A DNA stretch of 64,000 nucleotides, from the IMG/VR virus record IMGVR_UViG_3300021963_000090, positions 14,282-78,281 of that record. One strand, written 5' to 3'. This DNA comes from a virus. Position numbers and translations under genes: made by a program. The notes beneath the pieces were generated by a model. The model worked only from the letters and a program-made list of their open reading frames with translations. It had not been told where the DNA came from and ran no database searches. Of this stretch, positions 57,412-64,000 are shown one piece after another (the stretch's first letter is position 1; each line of letters opens with the position of its first letter).

Positions 57412-58617
57412 TTATCCTACGATAACTACTTTATATGCTCCAGAAGCAGGTGCTGCTGTAAATCCTATTGTCACCTGACTTGTAGAATTTCTTACTACAT
57501 CAGTTTCTACCGTATCGTATGTTGCTGCATCATAAACTTGAACCTGAACTTCACGAGTTCCGAGGTTGTGTGTAATTGCGTATGTTAAAGCTGCTCCGTC
57601 ACCGATTGTAGCTACATATTTACGAGCTATATCGTGATAAGATCCTCCAACAAGTCCTACCTGCCACTTATCTGCTGTTTCGCTCCATAGAAGTTCAGCA
57701 TCTGCTTCAGTTCCACGATGTACAACAATTCCAGCATCAAGAGAGGGTGAGTTCTCTTCTGGCATACTAGAGTTAAGATTAATCTTATTATCTGAGATAT
57801 TAACTTGTGTTGAGTTTACTGTATTAATTACACCAGTAACGTTTAGGTCTCCGCCAACGTTAAGGTTATTGGTAATTGTTACATCATCTGGCAAACCAAT
57901 TGTGATTGCCGCATTTTCTGAACCTGAGCCAGAAACAGTAATTTCATTTGTAGTTCCAGCAATTGTTGCTACATAGTTACCAGTTGTCTGTGTTCCAAGG
58001 TTTACATTCTTGATAGATACAGCACCAGTTGTTACTGTAAAATCTGCGTCTGCAAATGATGCGACACCCTTATTAGTTGTGCTTGCATCTTCACCAGCAA
58101 TTGTAATTGTGTTATTTGTTACTGCAACATCAATTCCTTCTCCGCCAGATACTGTTAATGTGTCTGTAAGAAGATTTACTGTGTCAGTTCCTGTATCACC
58201 TGCGATTGAAAGTGTTGTTGCTACGCTTACAGTTCCTGCTGCTGTCAAACGACCTTGAGCGTCTACTGTAAATGTAGGAATTTCTGTTGTTGATCCATAT
58301 GAACCAGGTGTTACGGCTGTATTATCTAAATCTATTGTTGTGATTCCTGTAGAATCAACATATGTCTTAGTTAAACCAACTCCGCCTTCTACATATGTCC
58401 CAATTGCGTCTGTAATTACTTCTAGAGAAGCATTCATTGCTACCCATGGACCATTTGGTGCTGCTAGTCCATTGTAGTAGTACATCGTGTTATTCGATGT
58501 GTCATAGTAAATTTGTCCAGTAACTGCAGCTGATGGTGCAGAGCTTAACCCCTGGATGCGGGCATTCTGAAGTTCATTCTTGTTAAGATTGATATCAGTT
58601 ACAAATAATCTTGCCAT
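57412..58617 (-). CDS. Fibre-like structural protein
   Basis: NELQNA, GQIYY, GSYGS...PTFTVDAQGRLT, ITHNLGT motifs. Confidence 0.7.
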   Translation of the reverse strand: MARLFVTDINLNKNELQNARIQGLSSAPSAAVTGQIYYDTSNNTMYYYNGLAAPNGPWVAMNASLEVITDAIGTYVEGGVGLTKTYVDSTGITTIDLDNTAVTPGSYGSTTEIPTFTVDAQGRLTAAGTVSVATTLSIAGDTGTDTVNLLTDTLTVSGGEGIDVAVTNNTITIAGEDASTTNKGVASFADADFTVTTGAVSIKNVNLGTQTTGNYVATIAGTTNEITVSGSGSENAAITIGLPDDVTITNNLNVGGDLNVTGVINTVNSTQVNISDNKINLNSSMPEENSPSLDAGIVVHRGTEADAELLWSETADKWQVGLVGGSYHDIARKYVATIGDGAALTYAITHNLGTREVQVQVYDAATYDTVETDVVRNSTSQVTIGFTAAPASGAYKVVIVG

Positions 58618-58631
58618 TTTCTACTTCTCCC

Positions 58632-59090
58632 TTAAGACAGGTATGCTGTCCCACCGAATGGTTGAGCCATAGTCAGTGTAATTTTGTTAATACTATTATA
58701 GTCTATTCCAGTTTCTAATATGTCCCCAGCGCTGTTTTTGACAGTTACATTTGGGTTATACCCCATATTATGGGTAATCTCAAGAGCCCAGTAAGTTCCT
58801 TGATCAGTGACCTGATTAATTGAGAACGGATATGTAAGAGTGCTTGTACTTAGTGGATATGCGGTAGCTCCAGCCCAAGTAAGGTCGTTTGGCTTTGGCC
58901 CATAAAAATATGTAGTATTTTTGTCATAATAGAAATCTCCTTCAAGCCCTAGGTTTTCTGCTGGGACTCCATTGCCATTTAATATTGTTTTACCTCTTGG
59001 ACCTTGTGGACCAGAAGTAGAAATTACAATATCGTTAACGGTTTCTGTAATTACAACTTTAGGAATACTATCATTATTTACAATTGGCAT
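58632..59090 (-). CDS. Small structural protein (GPQGPRG; G..GDFY; I.HN.GY.P)
   Basis: Motifs shared with phage fibre anchor proteins. Confidence 0.6.
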   Translation of the reverse strand: MPIVNNDSIPKVVITETVNDIVISTSGPQGPRGKTILNGNGVPAENLGLEGDFYYDKNTTYFYGPKPNDLTWAGATAYPLSTSTLTYPFSINQVTDQGTYWALEITHNMGYNPNVTVKNSAGDILETGIDYNSINKITLTMAQPFGGTAYLS

Positions 59091-59437
59091 TAGATTGTAA
59101 CCGATCTACTTAATGTAATAAATCCTTCAAGCAACTTTATTTTATTGCTATTGGAATCTATAAGCATTATGTCATATGAAGATTTTGGATAGAACAATTT
59201 ATTAGTTTGAGTTGGAGTCATCTTAATGGTTAATTTGCCAAGGGCTGGGTCAATTGTGATTCCGCCAGTTGGTGAAGTTAATGTAAATGCTAACTTACTT
59301 CCACCCTTTGTATCACGAACCTGCATCTTTGCAGATGCACCAACAAGAGATATCGGATCGTCATTAGGATCCTTATACTCTAAAATAAATGAAAAGGTAG
59401 TATTTTGATCTACTTCCCAGTTTTTCTGTCCTGCCAT
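59090..59437 (-). CDS. Ig-like/BppU-like structural protein, first gene of the fibre array
   Basis: L.G.SA.MQVR...YD..L....KLLEG pattern. Confidence 0.6.
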   Translation of the reverse strand: MAGQKNWEVDQNTTFSFILEYKDPNDDPISLVGASAKMQVRDTKGGSKLAFTLTSPTGGITIDPALGKLTIKMTPTQTNKLFYPKSSYDIMLIDSNSNKIKLLEGFITLSRSVTI

Positions 59438-59458
59438 TTGCCAAATCTCCTAAATAGG

Positions 59459-59488
59459 AAAACTCCTATGCTCATTTTAGCATAGGAG
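59459..59488 (-). terminator. Terminator hairpin with an embedded extended -10 element
   Basis: CTCCTATGCT-AAAATG-AGCATAGGAG + TTTT; TGCTAAAAT spans stem and loop. Confidence 0.65.
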
Positions 59489-59510
59489 CCGTCCTAATTG
59501 ATTTTAGTTT

Positions 59511-59735
59511 TTACTTCTTTGTGAAGCCAAAAGATGGCTCATTTGTATTAAGAGCCTTTAAGATAACGGGCAGCACTGCTGCGATTCCGCCCTTAATTAG
59601 GTCTCCTGGGTCAGTGTTTCCAGTCATGTAAAGAGCAATGGTTGCACCCAAAAAGTGACGACCATAGCTTGACAATGCTGCGAGAATTTTCTCCTGCATA
59701 GTTACCTTTCCATCATTGTTAAGATCTTGTTTCAT
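59511..59735 (-). CDS. Putative holin (actinophage type)
   Basis: SYGRHFL.A..A....G..A.LPV.L..LN....FG with two hydrophobic helices and a basic C-terminus. Confidence 0.65.
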   Translation of the reverse strand: MKQDLNNDGKVTMQEKILAALSSYGRHFLGATIALYMTGNTDPGDLIKGGIAAVLPVILKALNTNEPSFGFTKK

Positions 59736-59805
59736 TAGATCCTCCTATTTCTGGGCGTTGTGCCCAGGAATTTTGGGTATTACCCCAATATCTATTATAT
59801 ACCTA

Positions 59806-61740
59806 TTAAGCGGAAATGTCTACAATCTCACAATTTCCGTCTGATGTACACGCAAGTGTGGCATTTGTAGATGTGCCATCTTCTGTCTCATAGAATGATA
59901 AATCTTCCCAACGAATATCGTTAGGCATTTTTGCAAGCAAAGATTCATACTCTTCTTTAGAAACTTCCTGATAAGGAGCTTGCTTATATGTATGATCTGA
60001 ATGAGGCAGAAATGAAATACCTGAAACTTCATCAAAATGCTTGTATACCCAAGCACCGACTTCCATCCACTCATCTTCTTTTACAGAAACTGTAATTGAA
60101 GGCTTGTGTTCACACCATGCACGTTGATAAACTAACCAAGTGTTTAAGTGATCTAATGCAGTAAGATCAGATCTTGTAATTGCGCCTTCTGGTGCCTTTA
60201 CTGGAAATGAAAATACGTAAGTATCATTTGGCTTCATTACATCATCTTCTACTGGAATTCCAACTTCCTTTAAAAATGTGGAGATTGGATCTCCCTTTGA
60301 GCCACGTACTGTACGAATGTAATACTGTGAATGCCATGGATGCATTCCTGAAGATACCCCGACCAATTGAGACACTGTTCCAGAAGGCTTTACACATGTA
60401 ATAGCTGCAGACTCAGGAATCCCAATTTTCCCTGCCTCTTCTTTGTTAATTGCTCTTGCCTCTTCACGCAAATCTCCAAGGACCTTTTCTAGTTTATCAA
60501 GACCTTGCTTTCCTGAGAAAAACTTATGTCCGAATTGTCCTGTTAAAGAAACTCCAAGTAGGCGTTCCTCTTCTGTATTGTCTTTCCAGATTTTACGAAG
60601 ATACTTAAAGTCTGTTAGCGTTGCTTGCCAAGTCCCAAGTATTGTAGCAAGGCGTACTTTGTCTGTAACATCTTCAACTGTGTCCTTTTCACGTAATACG
60701 ACTTCTGAAAGATTACAAAACTGATAAGGACGGAGAATAATTTCTGAACATGGGTTTGTTCCATAATGGATTTCAGGGTCTCTACGACCATATTTAGCTG
60801 CCTGCGCCTGCGCTGCTGCGACATTATAAATTCCACGTTCGCCAGACTTTGAGTCATAAAGGTTTTTCCATTCTGCAATAAACTGCTCCATCTCTGGCTT
60901 GCGTGAATATGCAACAGAGTTATTTGATAATGCACGTTGTGTATTGTTTTCCCACCAGTTACCAGACTTTGCTGCTGCCATTTCAATATCATTAATATTA
61001 GAAAGAGAGATCATTGCTGAACGACGAACTCCACCTACAACAACAACTTCTCCAATCTTGCACATAATATCGTGTGCTTCGATTGGCTTTAACTGACGGC
61101 CTACTGCATTTTTAAACTTTGCAATTGTAAAATCAAAAAGATTTACCAGTGGCTGTGGACCAGATGATCTTCCACCCATTGTCTTAAGACGTGCACCTGC
61201 TGGACGAACTTTACTAACATCAATTGCTGGGATGTGTCCTGTCCAAAGCAATGCAAGTAGTTCACGATATGCCTTTGCCCAACCTTGCTTTGAATCTTCT
61301 ACAACAATTACTGTATCTGACTTTTCAAATGAGTCTGGAACGGCAGGAAGTTTATTAACATACTTGTATTCAACAGAAAACCCTACACCTGTTCCGCACA
61401 TTAAAATATACATTGTTTCATCAAATGATCTTGGATTATCTACTGGGACAAATGAGCAGTTATAGCCTGCCACATTATCTCTTTCTAATGCTGCACCAGA
61501 AGTCATTACTGATCTCATTGATGGCATTACGTTTCTATTAAATACTGCTTCTTTTAATTCCGCAACTAATTTATCTGTTGGCTTATAGTTGTGATTCTTT
61601 TCTAGATGACCTAGCATAAAATCAAAATATCGATCTACTGTCTCGCCCCAAGTTTCACGACGACCTTCCTCTGGAATCCATCTCGCATAACGAGATAACG
61701 CAATGAAATTTTCATATGGGTTTGCAATAGTCTTTGACAT
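59806..61740 (-). CDS. nrdJ: Adenosylcobalamin-dependent (class II) ribonucleotide reductase
   Basis: YNCS, GTGVGFS, GGVRRSA, TNPCSEI, CNLSE, KPSGTVS, C-terminal Cys pair; no ATP cone and no adjacent small subunit. Start at 61740 or 61752. Confidence 0.93.
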   Translation of the reverse strand: MSKTIANPYENFIALSRYARWIPEEGRRETWGETVDRYFDFMLGHLEKNHNYKPTDKLVAELKEAVFNRNVMPSMRSVMTSGAALERDNVAGYNCSFVPVDNPRSFDETMYILMCGTGVGFSVEYKYVNKLPAVPDSFEKSDTVIVVEDSKQGWAKAYRELLALLWTGHIPAIDVSKVRPAGARLKTMGGRSSGPQPLVNLFDFTIAKFKNAVGRQLKPIEAHDIMCKIGEVVVVGGVRRSAMISLSNINDIEMAAAKSGNWWENNTQRALSNNSVAYSRKPEMEQFIAEWKNLYDSKSGERGIYNVAAAQAQAAKYGRRDPEIHYGTNPCSEIILRPYQFCNLSEVVLREKDTVEDVTDKVRLATILGTWQATLTDFKYLRKIWKDNTEEERLLGVSLTGQFGHKFFSGKQGLDKLEKVLGDLREEARAINKEEAGKIGIPESAAITCVKPSGTVSQLVGVSSGMHPWHSQYYIRTVRGSKGDPISTFLKEVGIPVEDDVMKPNDTYVFSFPVKAPEGAITRSDLTALDHLNTWLVYQRAWCEHKPSITVSVKEDEWMEVGAWVYKHFDEVSGISFLPHSDHTYKQAPYQEVSKEEYESLLAKMPNDIRWEDLSFYETEDGTSTNATLACTSDGNCEIVDISA

Positions 61741-61830
61741 TTTTAGTGACACCTTTTCTCCGCCTTGCGGTTTATATAAATTTTGAGTTGAAATCCAATT
61801 CTACCAAACTTTAATCTAAAGGGGAAGGGG

Positions 61831-62826
61831 TTATGAAAACTTTTCCTCTAAATGCTCAAAGGCATTCTTAGTCAACTTAATCCAATTAAACTTTTCATGC
61901 ATTCCAGTTGACTGAGCAAAGTAATATCCTGAATATGCTTTAAAATTTTCAGTAGCATCTAACATTTTATTTGCTAGATCAATTTCATCTGGTTTAAACA
62001 TTTTTCCTACATGTGCATCGCCAACTGCTTTAGGCAAAGTCTCATTGGTTAGTGTAGACTTTAATTTAAGTGGTCCTATAAATTCTTTATATTCTGCCCA
62101 CGGATAAGTTGTAATTACTGGCATGCCGCTTGCAAGCGCTTGTGCTGGAATAAAGCCAAATCCTTCTCCCCATGTGGGATAAACCAAACAATGATGGCGG
62201 TGATAAAGATTTACTAAATTCTCTATCTCATACTCTTCTGTAATTATAGTTATATTACTATATACATCAGTTGGTGAAACTAATCTAGCATATCTATCAT
62301 ATACTCTTAATGTATGACTATTATGAGCTTTAATTGTTAAATGATACTTTGGATTATTTCCAAATAGCTTAATGAATGTATCCACTACTAGTTGCCCGCT
62401 TTTTCTTGGGGCAGGTTCTCCTACATGTAAAAATCTAAATGTATTTCCAAGAACTCTCTTGTGCGGGGTCCAGACTTCTTCTATGCCATGTGGATAAACT
62501 GTTATATCTTTATTAACGCCGTTATTTTTATATACTTCTGAATTCCAAGTTGAAGTTGCCCAAACTTCGTCACAATCATTTAATGTATCTACCCAATCTG
62601 GTCGCATGCCAGTTGATTCCCATGGTGTATATCCAATTTGATATTGATTTTTATGTCTTTTGTATAAATGTGGCTGAGTAAAATTTAATTGTATTTGTGC
62701 ATTTGGATTTGACCAGCTTACAGTATGCCCTAAAGTTTGTAATGATTTAACCATATGCTGTGCCGCATAACCAAAACCCACTGCTGGATTTAAGCCTGAT
62801 CTTGGTATATACAATGAAATATTCAT
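61831..62826 (-). CDS. GT-B (GT4-like) glycosyltransferase
   Basis: YTPWES, RK, GEGFGFIPAQALASGMPVI motifs. Confidence 0.85.
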   Translation of the reverse strand: MNISLYIPRSGLNPAVGFGYAAQHMVKSLQTLGHTVSWSNPNAQIQLNFTQPHLYKRHKNQYQIGYTPWESTGMRPDWVDTLNDCDEVWATSTWNSEVYKNNGVNKDITVYPHGIEEVWTPHKRVLGNTFRFLHVGEPAPRKSGQLVVDTFIKLFGNNPKYHLTIKAHNSHTLRVYDRYARLVSPTDVYSNITIITEEYEIENLVNLYHRHHCLVYPTWGEGFGFIPAQALASGMPVITTYPWAEYKEFIGPLKLKSTLTNETLPKAVGDAHVGKMFKPDEIDLANKMLDATENFKAYSGYYFAQSTGMHEKFNWIKLTKNAFEHLEEKFS

Positions 62827-62847
62827 ATTAGTTTCTGGTCAACTGGC

Positions 62848-62877
62848 TTGACACCTACCGTCAAGTAATGTTATGAT
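62848..62877 (+). promoter_or_regulatory. Sigma70/SigA-type promoter for the plus-strand operon
   Basis: TTGACA-N18-TATGAT with TG extension; overlapping TTGAC-N7-GTCAA inverted repeat; AGGAGG RBS downstream. Confidence 0.7.
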
Positions 62878-62904
62878 TATAGTTCGTTATCTCTAAAGGA
62901 GGAA

Positions 62905-63465
62905 ATGCCAATGGAGAATATCAAACAACGTTTGAGCGAAGTTGCTCATAACTGGACGTATATAGGAATGATAACATTATTTCTGTTCACTGTCCAGCCT
63001 GGGCCAACAGCAACTCAAGCATTGCAGGTAGAAGTACCTGTGAAATCAACAGTACAACTTAAGAAAGAAACCTTAGAGAAGTACAGCACTACTGTGTACA
63101 AGCCTTCTGAGATGCTAACAGACGGAGAACTAAAAGAACTCCTATCAGCTGTTGGCTTTGAAGGAAAAGCCCTTAAACAGGCTTGGGCTATTGTTAAGGC
63201 AGAGTCTAACTCAAGACCTATGGCTTACAATGGTAACAGGAAAACTGGAGACAGTTCCTACGGAATTTTTCAGATTAATATGTTGGGTGAACTCGGCATT
63301 GATCGTAAAGAAAAATTTGATCTAAAGTCAAACATCTTATTGTTTGACCCAGTAATAAACGCAGAGATAACGTATTATATGACTAAGGGCGGCTTAGATT
63401 GGTCATCCTGGTCTTCATTAGGTGGAGACCGTTATAAGGAATTTTTAAATAAATTCCCGAATTAG
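62905..63465 (+). CDS. Lytic transglycosylase/lysozyme-like protein with N-terminal hydrophobic anchor
   Basis: AWAIVKAES (catalytic Glu), SYGIFQIN, LFDP..NA, W..W motifs. Confidence 0.8.
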   Translation: MPMENIKQRLSEVAHNWTYIGMITLFLFTVQPGPTATQALQVEVPVKSTVQLKKETLEKYSTTVYKPSEMLTDGELKELLSAVGFEGKALKQAWAIVKAESNSRPMAYNGNRKTGDSSYGIFQINMLGELGIDRKEKFDLKSNILLFDPVINAEITYYMTKGGLDWSSWSSLGGDRYKEFLNKFPN

Positions 63466-63477
63466 AAAGGAAGGTAC

Positions 63478-63690
63478 ATGAAGATACAGTACGTGTCTAA
63501 GTACCTTTTGCTCGCAGAGAAGGGCCTTGTTCCTAGACTTGAATGTCCCATGGATCAGGGCCCTTTAATGTGCAACGAAACAAATGAGGGTATAATTTAT
63601 CTATACTGTTTATCTTGTCAGTATAAAAACAATATGGGATTGGAATTTTATGGACAACTTAAAGAATCCGTGGACAGAAATTCAAACTAA
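63478..63690 (+). CDS. Zinc-ribbon-like protein
   Basis: CPMD...CLSC. Confidence 0.65.
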   Translation: MKIQYVSKYLLLAEKGLVPRLECPMDQGPLMCNETNEGIIYLYCLSCQYKNNMGLEFYGQLKESVDRNSN

Positions 63691-63772
63691 CGGCGGAACA
63701 ATAAAGGAAACTGACGCCATGGGGCGTGAAAAGTTTTGGGAAGATTTAGGAAGACCCGATGACGGAAAATAA
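63650..63772 (+). CDS. Possible 40-aa protein
   Basis: MDNLKNPWTEIQ...DAMGREKFWEDLGRPDDGK bridges the gap between flanking ORFs. Confidence 0.4.
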   Translation: MDNLKNPWTEIQTNGGTIKETDAMGREKFWEDLGRPDDGK

Positions 63773-63980
63773 CGAACAGCCACAAAATTTAGAAGATAAC
63801 CTACCAATGGTTAATTATATTATGCTTCATCGCATTTATGACCTGCTTACTATTATTGCAAATAAACTGGTGGGTCCAGAAGACGTATCTAAAATGGTTG
63901 AATATCATAACCAAGGATATCTGCTTGGGCCAACGCCGTCATTTACTCCATCAGAAACCGATGAAGAGACTATACGTTGA
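63759..63980 (+). CDS. Hypothetical protein
   Basis: 73-aa ORF in the plus-strand operon. Confidence 0.65.
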   Translation: MTENNEQPQNLEDNLPMVNYIMLHRIYDLLTIIANKLVGPEDVSKMVEYHNQGYLLGPTPSFTPSETDEETIR

Positions 63981-64000
63981 TCAAATAGCTCGTGCTATGA

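Noticed and set aside
8004-61465. Numerous short opposite-strand or alternate-frame ORFs in the track (e.g. 20136-20525, 48552-49001, 49972-50502, 40316-40870)
   Set aside because: Shadows of long, motif-bearing genes; no RBS or recognisable motifs.
59806-61752. Intein or intron in RNR, helicase or DnaE
   Set aside because: Lengths are compact and no intein splice motifs or homing endonuclease sequence are evident.
1-64000. tRNA/rRNA genes, integrase, alternative genetic code
   Set aside because: Intergenic gaps are short with no cloverleaf seen by eye; no recombinase motifs; long ORFs are intact in the standard code. A tRNAscan/Infernal run would be needed to fully exclude small RNAs.

Overview
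64-kb segment of a large, AT-rich dsDNA tailed phage with siphovirus-type organisation. The host is probably an actinobacterium, inferred from the PASTA domain, the holin type, DnaE polymerase, class II RNR and many apparently leaderless genes. Almost everything is on the minus strand. In window order: (1) replication module at 1-6.4 kb with DnaE (truncated by the window edge), ssDNA-binding protein, primase, DnaB helicase, small Zn-finger/HTH proteins and a metallophosphoesterase; (2) tail tip, tape measure, tail chaperones with a -1 frameshift, major tail and neck genes at 6.4-28.6 kb; (3) capsid, protease/scaffold and portal at 29-33.5 kb, with no terminase in the window; (4) an unusually large (~26 kb) array of fibre/adhesin-like structural genes at 33.6-59.4 kb; (5) holin, class II ribonucleotide reductase, a GT4 glycosyltransferase and a divergent lytic-transglycosylase operon. 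The accessory array is the most interesting part. Its genes appear chained by recurring C-terminal/N-terminal motif pairs, one three-gene module is duplicated around an inverted flavin-dependent halogenase island, and one operon combines a fibre with a blue-copper-type motif, a PASTA-(PQYYAA)12-Cys10 protein, a Cys-rich protein and a GT60-like glycosyltransferase. This suggests a phage-encoded system for building and chemically modifying swappable virion appendages. All functional calls come from motif recognition by eye; no searches were run.
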